IMG/VR virus record: IMGVR_UViG_2547132417_000017
Source of the DNA: a virus
Taxonomy: Duplodnaviria > Heunggongvirae > Uroviricota > Caudoviricetes
Reading direction: 5' to 3' (one strand)
DNA length: 22,980 nt
The notes under the pieces are model-generated. The model was given only the letters and a program-made list of their open reading frames with translations. It ran no database searches and was not told the origin of the DNA. Shown here piece after piece: positions 1 to 7,678 of the stretch (position 1 is the stretch's first letter; each line of letters starts with the position of its first letter). Both the position numbers and the translations under genes were made by a program.

Positions 1-158
1 AACGAGATCACGAACACTCATCTCCGTTCCTTTGGCGTGTCCGTCCATTGATTTATCTGAAGTAATTTCTGGTGGGATTGTGTTGAGGTAACTAATTAAT
101 TTACTAAAATTTTTATCAATAGCTAAAAGCAGTTCAGCTTTTGTTTGCGGCACACTCA
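1..158 (-). CDS. ClbS/DfsB (DUF1706)-like protein, N-terminal 52 codons only; gene continues beyond the window start
   Basis: Minus-strand ATG at 158-156 preceded by GAGGGAA about 7 nt upstream. Translation MSVPQTKAELLLAIDKNFSKLISYLNTIPPEITSDKSMDGHAKGTEMSVRDLV matches the N-terminal pattern I recall for the ClbS/DfsB four-helix-bundle family (the GHAKGT region). Absent from the ORF track because it is truncated by the window edge. Confidence 0.45.
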
Positions 159-477
159 TAAGAATTCCCTCTCATGTAAAAAGAGACACCATAAAGGTAC
201 TGTGTGGTGTTTGAAAATCACTCAATTATGTACCACCCACCACAACAGGGGAAGACCCATAAATATACAGTAACCCTATGGGAGGGATTTCATGGTTGGC
301 GAACATTTCAGCCGAACGCAGCAAAAGTGGGCTTGTGTGCAATTTATTGCCGAGGTATCTCTGATTGCAAACTGCAAGCCATCAGACTTAAAGCTCGCGC
401 TCACTCTCATTGCAGACCTAGCAAACAGCGAAAATAACGAAACCGAAGATGATAATTTTTATAAGGCTGATTAGATT

Positions 478-711
478 ATGAGAATCAATATCACGTTGGA
501 TAAAGAGCAAAAAATTAGTCAGGCAACGTTGGATGCACTTGAGGCTGAGCTGTACCGCAATCTTCAACCTATTTACCCAAAGACTGCTATCCGCATTCGT
601 AAGGGCTCAGCTAATGGCGTTGAGTTAAGCGGTTTGAAACTGGACGAAGATAAAAAACGAGTAATGGAAATCATGCAGCAGGTATGGGAGGACGATAGCT
701 GGCTGCATTAA
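478..711 (+). CDS. dinI: DinI-family DNA-damage-inducible protein (77 aa)
   Basis: Translation MRINITLDKEQKISQATLDALEAELYRNL...MEIMQQVWEDDSWLH has the length and hallmark motifs of DinI/MsgA-like proteins, including the acidic C-terminus with W-x-DD-W. Family call is from memory, not a search. Confidence 0.7.
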   Translation: MRINITLDKEQKISQATLDALEAELYRNLQPIYPKTAIRIRKGSANGVELSGLKLDEDKKRVMEIMQQVWEDDSWLH

Positions 712-713
712 CA

Positions 714-787
714 AACGCCGTCGGTGCTGAATCTTGCTTTCAGTGCTGGCGGGGTTGAAACTGGCTCCGAGAGGTGTTAGTTCTACC
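714..787 (+). repeat. Copy 1 of a ~75-nt conserved element starting 3 nt after the dinI-like stop codon; contains a 14-bp hairpin at 718-752
   Basis: AACGCCGTCGGTGCTGAATCTTGCTTTCAGTGCTGGCGGGGTTGAA...GGTGTTAGTTCTACC aligns by eye with 1117-1192 at roughly 75-80% identity. Arms 718-731 and 739-752 pair with four G-U wobbles, so the structure is only possible in the plus-strand transcript. Confidence 0.6.
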
Positions 788-904
788 TTTCAAACTTTCT
801 CGATGTTTTATTGGTTACACACCGGTGATTAATGGGACGTTACCTTAGAGGATTTTATAGTGGCGCTTTGACAGCACTGAATAAAATTCATTGAGGGCGA
901 TAAT

Positions 905-1114
905 ATGCATCGACTACCGGGCGAAATTCCGCAGCACAAAACTAAAAGCATAAAACTGATGGCTATCGTTCATCGCTTGCAGACGATAATGGTCAATGAG
1001 AACCTGACGCCAGCGGAATTGGTCGGGTGTGCAGAAATAGTCAGGGATAACTACGATAAGCTGAACGATATCAGCAGGCCGACACAATATGCGCCACCAC
1101 CATGTCGAAGATAG
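905..1114 (+). CDS. Hypothetical small protein (69 aa), no recognisable family
   Basis: ORF with GAGGG about 8 nt upstream of the ATG. Sits between the two copies of the repeat and is co-directional with the dinI-like and HNH genes. Confidence 0.45.
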   Translation: MHRLPGEIPQHKTKSIKLMAIVHRLQTIMVNENLTPAELVGCAEIVRDNYDKLNDISRPTQYAPPPCRR

Positions 1115-1116
1115 CG

Positions 1117-1192
1117 AACGCCGTCGGCGCTGAAACTTGCTTTCGGTACTGGAGGGTTGAACAACGAGTCCCTCTAGGGGTTAGTCTGTTCC
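1117..1192 (+). repeat. Copy 2 of the ~75-nt conserved element, starting 3 nt after the stop of the 69-aa ORF
   Basis: AACGCCGTCGGCGCTGAAACTTGCTTTCGGTACTGGAGGGTTGAA...GGGGTTAGTCTGTTCC. Same position relative to a stop codon as copy 1; the hairpin is retained with two mismatches. Confidence 0.6.
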
Positions 1193-1207
1193 GTAGAGAT
1201 TGGCCCA

Positions 1208-1232
1208 AACCGGCACTATTAAAGCCGGTTTT
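1208..1232 (+). terminator. Putative intrinsic terminator after the 69-aa ORF and repeat copy 2
   Basis: AACCGGC (1208-1214) pairs with GCCGGTT (1224-1230) around a 9-nt loop, followed by T residues. Confidence 0.35.
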
Positions 1233-1326
1233 CGTATGTCCAATCTAAAGAATGGGGGCTGACATCCCATCATCAGATTTGTGTTATTTTAGTGCTACTC
1301 ATTCGTCATTAGACATTGTAAGGGCA

Positions 1327-2043
1327 ATGTATATGAAACCAAGCACACACTGCGTTTATTGCGGTGTTCTCATGAATAAGGTTGAAAATCCCCCCCACTG
1401 CCGCTCAGTTGAACACATGATTCCGCAAGTTTCAGTCTCCATTCATAGAACCAACGGCGAAGGTGATTTCTATGTATGCAAAAAGTGCAATGGCGATAAA
1501 AGCCGAATTGACGAGGTGTTAGGTGTCATTTGCCGCATGGTAGGAGAGCACTCAACAGGCAGCTTTGATGCTGTTAATAAATTCCATAATGCGCTTAAAA
1601 GAAAAGACTCGAAATTTCGTGAAGCATTCCAGAGTGTTAGGCATACAAAAAAAGGTGCGCAGATAACATTACCCCTAAATGGTAGGGAGATTTACCAATA
1701 CGGCACCTGGTTAGCCAAGGGAGTATTTTTCTTAGAGTATGGGCAATTGTTGACTGTAGATAAATTAATTTGGATTAATATCGTTCGCCACGATGAAGTA
1801 ATGGCTATTAAAGAAATGTATAGAAATGAACGTGGCTCTGAGGCATTTGATGATTTATCGAAGAATAGCAACATTCCAAATATTAATGGCGAGTCGTTTC
1901 TGATTGTTGGCCAGGATGCCCGAGAAATGTTTATTTGCTTCAATAGAGTAATGATGTTTCATATAAAGATACTGGATAGAACGTTTATTAATCAAAAAAA
2001 ATGCAAAAAAGCCCTACTCAATCTGGAAAAAAGGGTTCGATAA
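1327..2043 (+). CDS. HNH endonuclease-domain protein with an uncharacterised ~170-aa C-terminal domain; AT-rich cargo gene
   Basis: HNH signature in the translation: CVYCG ... VEHMIPQ ... RTNGEGDFYVCKKCNGDKS. Start is ambiguous: the ORF opens at 1252 with no SD, while ATGs at 1327 and 1333 follow AAGGG. The gene is markedly more AT-rich by eye than the flanking structural genes and sits on the far side of cos. Confidence 0.6.
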   Translation: MYMKPSTHCVYCGVLMNKVENPPHCRSVEHMIPQVSVSIHRTNGEGDFYVCKKCNGDKSRIDEVLGVICRMVGEHSTGSFDAVNKFHNALKRKDSKFREAFQSVRHTKKGAQITLPLNGREIYQYGTWLAKGVFFLEYGQLLTVDKLIWINIVRHDEVMAIKEMYRNERGSEAFDDLSKNSNIPNINGESFLIVGQDAREMFICFNRVMMFHIKILDRTFINQKKCKKALLNLEKRVR

Positions 2044-2188
2044 GATAAATAAGATGTAATGAATGTGTGCATGCCACTGCATTTTTTTGCATGCGTTGAT
2101 CCAACCGCCAAAACATAAGGAGTACCGGTAGTAGCTTAGCTAAAGCGAGGTCATGCAACTGCATTAAAACCGACCCATAAAGCGGGCA

Positions 2189-2207
2189 GGCGTGGCGGGG
2201 AAAGCAT
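2189..2207. other. Putative cos cohesive-end sequence of a P2/186-family phage
   Basis: GGCGTGGCGGGGAAAGCAT is present at 2189-2207. From memory the P2 19-nt cohesive end is GGCGAGGCGGGGAAAGCAC and the 186 one is GGCGTGGCGGGGAAAGCAT. The location, about 490 bp beyond the 3' end of portal gene Q, fits P2 genome organisation. Confidence 0.5.
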
Positions 2208-2433
2208 TGCGCGCCAGCGGTGGTGCGTATTATTAAAAAATACCGTCTGAGTGCGTTGTGGTGGAGCTAACGAGAGCGTTGCTAGATCGTGGGAGTTCTG
2301 ATGCGAACGTGGGGCTATGTTTTGTCTGTGGAGCGATGAGAGAGGGTGAGATCAGTCGCACAATTCTACGGCTGTGCTTCCGTTAATATCTTCATCGGTA
2401 TGTCATGTTCCCTACCAACAGCTGGAGGCTTTA

Positions 2434-2658
2434 ATGGATAACTATCACATTACAAAAGATGGCGATAAGTGGAAGCTTCAAAAGGAAGGAAATGAGCGGC
2501 CTAGCAAGACTGCAACAACTAAGGCTGAGATCATCAAAGATACTCAAGATTACATGTCCAATAAGACTGGCTCAGTAAAAATTCACAAAGAGGATGGGAA
2601 GTTTCAGGAAGAGCGCACTTACCCTCGTAAAGCTGATCCTAAAAAGTCCAAAGGTTAA
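2434..2658 (+). CDS. DUF2188-like small protein (74 aa)
   Basis: Translation MDNYHITKDGDKWKLQKEGNERPSKTATTKAEI...GSVKIHKEDGKFQEERTYPRKADP matches the DUF2188 pattern (N-Y-H-V/I-T, G-x-W-x-V/L-x-K-E-G, I-H). GGAGG lies 6 nt upstream of the ATG at 2434. The longer ORF from 2374 has no SD. Confidence 0.6.
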   Translation: MDNYHITKDGDKWKLQKEGNERPSKTATTKAEIIKDTQDYMSNKTGSVKIHKEDGKFQEERTYPRKADPKKSKG

Positions 2659-2666
2659 TAAAGTCA

Positions 2667-2688
2667 AAGCCGCCATGATTGGCGGCTT
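2667..2688. terminator. Perfect 9-bp hairpin between convergent DUF2188-like gene and portal gene Q; likely bidirectional terminator
   Basis: AAGCCGCCA (2667-2675), loop TGAT, TGGCGGCTT (2680-2688). Lies just past the stops of both convergent genes. Confidence 0.4.
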
Positions 2689-2695
2689 AACTGGA

Positions 2696-3742
2696 TTATT
2701 CCGGGTTGTCGAGGGTGTACTCTTTGAACCTGATGACCTCTATACCGAGCCAGTCGTTTACCTCCCTGAACCTGTCCTGCAGCGGCGACAGCTCGTTACG
2801 CACAAATACCTTTGCCACCTTCTCAACGTCACCGAGTGAGCCGATATTCTCGGGCTTGCCACCCATTAGCTGGAACGGCACGCGGTGCGCATCCATCAGG
2901 TCGGCGGCACTGGCTTTCTTGATATTGAAAAAGTCATCCTTTGTGGCGACCTCGCTCAGTGGCACGATTTTGATGCCGTCCGGTTTTCCGCCGGGGGCGT
3001 AGAAAAACAGGTTCTTAAAGTTGCCGAGCCCTTTCGAGTTACGCATCGCCTCGCGTAGTGATTCGACGTCGGTCGCGCTCTGCGCCGGGTCGGTCACATA
3101 CATGATGTAGCCCGCGTGCGCGCCGTTCTGGTAATACTTGCGACGGAACAGCGTCGCGGATTCATTCAGCCAGGCAGAATTAAGCGCGCTGAGATATTCC
3201 GGCAGGCCGTAAATCTCCTGATTAATATCAGGCTCCAGCAGGTGAAACACGGTGTCAGGCGCGAACTCATGCGGCTGAGTGAAGTTTTCCACAAACCAGA
3301 AAATTGAATCATCAACCCCACGGCGGGTGTATTTTGCTGGTGATGCCAGCAACTTGATTAACTGGCCGGTGACGCTGTGGCGCTGCTCAAGAAAAGCGTT
3401 GCCGAAGACCAGATAGTCGAGAGCAAAACGGCTGAAATCCTGACGGGACAGCAGCGGGTGCGGAATGTAGGTGCTCGCGAGTACGTTGCGTTTAACGTAA
3501 ATCGGTGAGCTGTGATGTACGGCAGAGCGCAGGCTCTTTGCCAGCCCGGAAAAGCTGACCGGCGGCTCGTACCATTTGCCGTTACTGATGCACTCGACAT
3601 AATCCAGAATGTCGCGCTTATCGAGCACCGGAACTGGCTCACCGAAGGTGAACGCTTCCATTTTTTGCGGTGCGCTGGCTTTCAGTTGCTGTGGTGCGCG
3701 TGTTTTCTGCGCGGCGGCTTTGCGGGATTTTTGCTTACCCAT
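2696..3742 (-). CDS. Q: Portal protein (P2 gpQ-like)
   Basis: 348-aa translation has the size and sequence character of P2-family portal proteins and sits immediately downstream of the terminase gene on the same strand. Confidence 0.92.
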   Translation of the reverse strand: MGKQKSRKAAAQKTRAPQQLKASAPQKMEAFTFGEPVPVLDKRDILDYVECISNGKWYEPPVSFSGLAKSLRSAVHHSSPIYVKRNVLASTYIPHPLLSRQDFSRFALDYLVFGNAFLEQRHSVTGQLIKLLASPAKYTRRGVDDSIFWFVENFTQPHEFAPDTVFHLLEPDINQEIYGLPEYLSALNSAWLNESATLFRRKYYQNGAHAGYIMYVTDPAQSATDVESLREAMRNSKGLGNFKNLFFYAPGGKPDGIKIVPLSEVATKDDFFNIKKASAADLMDAHRVPFQLMGGKPENIGSLGDVEKVAKVFVRNELSPLQDRFREVNDWLGIEVIRFKEYTLDNPE

Positions 3743-5511
3743 TAGTTGAACTCCAGAATAGATTTAGGCTGCATGCCGCTACCGGCAGAAAGCGGTTCGT
3801 TTAACAGGGCGTGCATGGTCGCCCATGCGATATCGGCGTGACTGGCTTCCTCGGTGCGGCTGGCCTCGTAGGTGGCGCTGCGCCCGCTGCTGGTCATGGT
3901 TTTGCGAATCGACATAAACGACTGCGTGACGTCGGTTGCCCCTGCGTCGTACTCCAGACAGCCACGGCGAATGGTGTCTTTTGCCTTGAGCACCATTGCG
4001 GTTTTCATTTCAGGTGTGTAACGGATGCCGCGTGCTGCCGGGTAGAATGAGCGCACCAACTGGAACACGCCGAGGCCGAGGCCGGTTGCGTCAATGCCGA
4101 TGTATTCGACGTTGTATTTCTCGGTCAGCTTGCGGATGCCCTCTGCCTGCGCGGCAAAGTCCATGCTTTTCCATTGGTGGCGCTCCAGCATGCGGAACTT
4201 GCTACCCGAGACCACCGGCGGTGCGAGCACGACGCACCCGGCACTGTCGCCAGTGTGCGACGGGTCGTAGCCAATCCAGACCGGGCGAGAACCGAAAGGA
4301 TGGTCGGCGAACGGGGCAAAGTCCTCCCATTCTTCCATCACATCGACCATGCAGCGCTGCAGCTCCTCGAACGGGAATACCGATGCTTTATCGTCGACAA
4401 ACTCGCACATAAACAGGTTTTTAAAATCATCATCACTGTTTTCTCGTTTGAGCTGGTCGAGGTCGAACAGGGTGCAGCCCCCGGCAAGGGCATCCTCAAT
4501 GGTGACAATCTGCCGCCACTGGCCATCGTCGCAGAGCTGACCACCGGCGAGCGCGCGGTGACTGATGTCGATTTCGATGCGGTCAGCGGCACTGGCGCGC
4601 CCCTTGTTGAACAGCTCACCAGACCAGAAGGGGTAAGCCCCGTGCGCCAGTGTTGAGGGTGTCGAAAAGTAGGTCGAGCGCAGGTGCTTCTGCGAAGCCA
4701 TGCCCGAGGCGACTTTGCGCAGTTTCTGAAAGTTCGGGATCCAGAATATTTCATCGACATACAGGTCGCCGTTATGGCTCTGCGCGGTGTTGGAATTGGT
4801 ACCGAGAAAAATCAGTTTTGCGCCGTTGTTACCGATGGCAATCGGGTCGCCGGTCAAGTCAACGTCGACCAGTCGTGCAAACTGGATGATGTATTCGCGA
4901 AACACGTAAGCCTGCGTTTTACTGGCTGATAAAAATATCTGGTTATGGCCTGTTTTGAGCGCGCGCAGCAGCGCCTCGCGGGAGAAATAGAACGTCGCAC
5001 CAATCTGGCGGGATTTGAGAATGTCACGAATACGGTGCTCCAGTCCTGCGCGGTACCACTGCAACTGGTACTCGAAAGACTGGTCGAAAAATAATTCCTC
5101 CAGTTTCTCGATAGCCTCGTCGCTGAAAAAATTCTTTTTCGGCTTTTTGCGCTCCCCTTTGTTGCGGTTGGCGACGTTGGGGTTAAGGTCGGCTTCGTTG
5201 CCGGTCTGGCTGTAGCGGTTGACGCGCGCCAGCCGCTCAATCTGCCGCCCGAGCAGGTCAATCTCTTTGAAATCACAGCCCGTCTTCTGTGGTTTCGCGA
5301 TGAGCTGAATCAGGCGCGCCTCAAGGCTGCTTTCAACGCGGGAAATCGGTGCGATGCCGTCCCAGCCGTCGCGCTGCTTCCAGCTCTGCACGGTCGGGCG
5401 CTTGACCTGCAGCATTTCGGCAATCTGTGGCACGGAAAAGCCCTGCCAGTAAAGCAGCGATGCCTGTCGTCGCGGGTCATGCAACAAGGTTGTATCGGTG
5501 GAAATGGTCAT
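3742..5511 (-). CDS. P: Terminase large (ATPase) subunit (P2 gpP-like)
   Basis: 589 aa with an N-terminal helix-turn-helix-like region and a terminase ATPase/nuclease body. Position divergent from O, as in P2. Confidence 0.93.
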   Translation of the reverse strand: MTISTDTTLLHDPRRQASLLYWQGFSVPQIAEMLQVKRPTVQSWKQRDGWDGIAPISRVESSLEARLIQLIAKPQKTGCDFKEIDLLGRQIERLARVNRYSQTGNEADLNPNVANRNKGERKKPKKNFFSDEAIEKLEELFFDQSFEYQLQWYRAGLEHRIRDILKSRQIGATFYFSREALLRALKTGHNQIFLSASKTQAYVFREYIIQFARLVDVDLTGDPIAIGNNGAKLIFLGTNSNTAQSHNGDLYVDEIFWIPNFQKLRKVASGMASQKHLRSTYFSTPSTLAHGAYPFWSGELFNKGRASAADRIEIDISHRALAGGQLCDDGQWRQIVTIEDALAGGCTLFDLDQLKRENSDDDFKNLFMCEFVDDKASVFPFEELQRCMVDVMEEWEDFAPFADHPFGSRPVWIGYDPSHTGDSAGCVVLAPPVVSGSKFRMLERHQWKSMDFAAQAEGIRKLTEKYNVEYIGIDATGLGLGVFQLVRSFYPAARGIRYTPEMKTAMVLKAKDTIRRGCLEYDAGATDVTQSFMSIRKTMTSSGRSATYEASRTEEASHADIAWATMHALLNEPLSAGSGMQPKSILEFN

Positions 5512-5676
5512 TGATGCCTCGCCGTAGTGGATTCAGGGCAAGGCTACTTAATGGCCGTCAGTGATTCGCTAAGGTGCTGTTGTGTGGGCGATTGTCCAGC
5601 CGTCGTTAGTGGTCTGGCGTGCCCTGAGTCTGGAAACTGGCGTTGACCAGTAACCCTAACCTCAGGACTCCTGACA
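5512..5676. promoter_or_regulatory. Divergent intergenic region expected to carry the late promoters for the P-Q and O-N-M-L operons
   Basis: By analogy with P2 PP and PO. I could not find a clean Ogr-type TGT-N12-ACA element; only an imperfect TGT-N12-CCA is present. Confidence 0.35.
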
Positions 5677-6531
5677 ATGGCAAAAAAAGTCTCAAAATTC
5701 TTTCGTATCGGCGTCGAGGGTGATACCTGCGACGGGCGCATTATCAGCGCCAGTGATATTCAGGAAATGGCCGACACGTTTGACCCGCGCGTCTACGGTT
5801 GCCGCATCAATCTTGAGCATATTCGCGGTCTTTTCCCTGACGGCGACTTTAAGCGCCTGGGTGATGTGGTTGAGCTGAAAGCCGAGAAGATTGATGACGA
5901 CTCTGCGCTTAACGGCAAATGGGCGTTGTTCGCTAAAATCACCCCGACCGATGACCTGATTGCAATGAATAAAAAATTGCAGAAGGTCTACACCTCAATG
6001 GAAATTCAGCCGAATTTTGCCAATACCGGCAAATGCTATCTCGTTGGTCTGGCTGTGACCGATGACCCGGCAAGCCTCGGCACCGAATACCTCGAATTCT
6101 GTCGCAATGCAAAAAACAACCCGCTTAACCGCTTTAAGGCTAACCCTGAAAACCTGATTTCAGCGGCAACGCTTGCGGAGCTTGAGTTTGAAGACCAGCC
6201 GGAAACGGTATTTACCGCCCTGGCCGATAAGGTGAAAGCCATTTTCAGCCGTAAGCAGGTCAGCGACGATGCGCGCCTGAATGATGTGCATGAAGCGGTG
6301 ACCACCGTCAGCGAACATGTGCAAACCACCCTGACAAAACAGGACGAGCGCCTTTCCGCTATGGAAACCGCGTTTGCCACTTTCAAACAGGAACTGACCG
6401 GCAAGGTTGAAGAAACCAGCCAGGCATTTTCCGACCTGAAAACCACCCTCGATAAAACCGAAAGTTTCAGCCAGCCGCGACGCACGAAAGCCAGCGGCGG
6501 TGGTGGCGATGAGCTGCTGACCGACTGCTGA
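5677..6531 (+). CDS. O: Capsid scaffolding protein (P2 gpO-like)
   Basis: 284 aa at the position and with the sequence character of P2 gpO. Confidence 0.9.
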   Translation: MAKKVSKFFRIGVEGDTCDGRIISASDIQEMADTFDPRVYGCRINLEHIRGLFPDGDFKRLGDVVELKAEKIDDDSALNGKWALFAKITPTDDLIAMNKKLQKVYTSMEIQPNFANTGKCYLVGLAVTDDPASLGTEYLEFCRNAKNNPLNRFKANPENLISAATLAELEFEDQPETVFTALADKVKAIFSRKQVSDDARLNDVHEAVTTVSEHVQTTLTKQDERLSAMETAFATFKQELTGKVEETSQAFSDLKTTLDKTESFSQPRRTKASGGGGDELLTDC

Positions 6532-6607
6532 TAAACCGCAGACCAGAAACCGGGCGGCATCCCCGCCCGATGCAGTGACTAACCGATAAATTCAAACAGG
6601 AAATACT

Positions 6608-7675
6608 ATGCGCCCGGATACCCGTTTTAAGTTCAATGCCTATCTGACCCGCGTCGCTGAGCTGAACGGCATCAGTACTGATGATGTCAGTAAAAAATTC
6701 ACCGTCGAGCCGTCCGTCACGCAAACACTGATGAACAAAGTGCAGGAGTCATCCGCGTTTCTGCAGACGATTAATATTCTGCCGGTCGCAGAAATGAAGG
6801 GTGAGAAAATCGGCGTCGGTGTGACCGGTACTATCGCCAGCACGACCGACACCTCGGGCGATGATGAGCGTAAGACCGCCGACTTCACCGCGCTTGAGTC
6901 CAACAAGTACGAGTGCGACCAAATTAATTTTGACTTCCATCTGAAATATAAAACCCTCGACCTGTGGGCGCGTTTTCAGGACTTCCAGCGCCGCATCCGC
7001 GACGCCATTGTCAAACGTCAGGCACTGGATTTCATCATGGCCGGTTTTAACGGTACCACCCGCGCCGCCACCTCTGACCGCACCAAAAATCCGATGCTGC
7101 AGGATGTGGCCGTCGGCTGGCTGCAGAAATACCGCAATGAAGCCCCGACGCGCGTGATGAGCAACATCACCGACGCTGACGGTAAGGTCGTTTCAGCAGT
7201 GATTCGTGTAGGTCGAAACGGCGACTATGAGAACCTCGACGCGCTGGTGATGGACGCCACCAACAACCTGATTGACGAGGTTTATCAGGATGACCCGAAA
7301 CTCGTTGCCATCGTTGGCCGTAAGCTGCTGGCCGACAAATATTTCCCGCTGGTGAACAAGCCGCAGGAAAACAGCGAGGCGCTTGCGGCAGATATCATCA
7401 TCAGCCAGAAGCGAATCGGCAACCTGCCTGCTGTGCGTGTGCCGTACTTCCCGGCGAATGCCGTGTTAGTGACCACGCTGGAAAACCTCTCTATCTATTT
7501 CATGGATGAGAGTCACCGCCGCAGCATTGATGAAAACCCGAAAAAAGACCGCGTTGAAAACTACGAGTCGATGAATATCGACTATGTGGTCGAGGCGTAT
7601 GCCGCCGGGTGCCTGCTGGAAAACATCACCCTGGGCGATTTCACCGCACCTGCAGCACCGGAAAGCGGAGCCTAA
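6608..7675 (+). CDS. N: Major capsid protein (P2 gpN-like)
   Basis: 355 aa at the position of the P2 major capsid precursor; AGGA RBS upstream. Confidence 0.92.
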   Translation: MRPDTRFKFNAYLTRVAELNGISTDDVSKKFTVEPSVTQTLMNKVQESSAFLQTINILPVAEMKGEKIGVGVTGTIASTTDTSGDDERKTADFTALESNKYECDQINFDFHLKYKTLDLWARFQDFQRRIRDAIVKRQALDFIMAGFNGTTRAATSDRTKNPMLQDVAVGWLQKYRNEAPTRVMSNITDADGKVVSAVIRVGRNGDYENLDALVMDATNNLIDEVYQDDPKLVAIVGRKLLADKYFPLVNKPQENSEALAADIIISQKRIGNLPAVRVPYFPANAVLVTTLENLSIYFMDESHRRSIDENPKKDRVENYESMNIDYVVEAYAAGCLLENITLGDFTAPAAPESGA

Positions 7676-7678
7676 ACC

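Noticed and set aside
250-272. LexA-box-like sequence CCCATAAATATACAGTA upstream of the dinI-like gene
   Set aside because: Only the ACAG half-site is present; the CTGT half is replaced by CCCA. It is also about 200 bp upstream of the start codon. Not called as an SOS box.
204-474. Two overlapping plus-strand ORFs (204-437 and 292-474, 77 and 60 aa) between the ClbS-like gene start and the dinI-like gene
   Set aside because: No convincing Shine-Dalgarno sequence, the two overlap each other in different frames, and the region is the likely divergent promoter or 5' leader. Treated as non-coding.
709-1192. Possibility that the duplicated post-stop elements are integron attC sites marking gene cassettes
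   Set aside because: I could not find the R''/R' core sites (RYYYAAC ... GTTRRRY) at the expected positions, and there is no integrase or attI nearby.
1692-1943. 83-aa minus-strand ORF inside the HNH gene
   Set aside because: Fully embedded antisense to a better-supported gene, with no RBS.
3811-5276. Several 60-160 aa ORFs on both strands within the terminase gene P
   Set aside because: All are embedded in or antisense to a confidently identified terminase gene, and their translations are arginine- and cysteine-rich low-complexity sequences typical of off-frame GC-rich DNA.
5512-5676. Ogr/Delta-type late promoter motif TGT-N12-ACA in the P/O divergent region, and similarly upstream of V and FI
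   Set aside because: Only imperfect TGT-N12-CCA-like matches were found by eye, and my recollection of the consensus is not firm enough to call specific activator sites. The region is annotated only generically.
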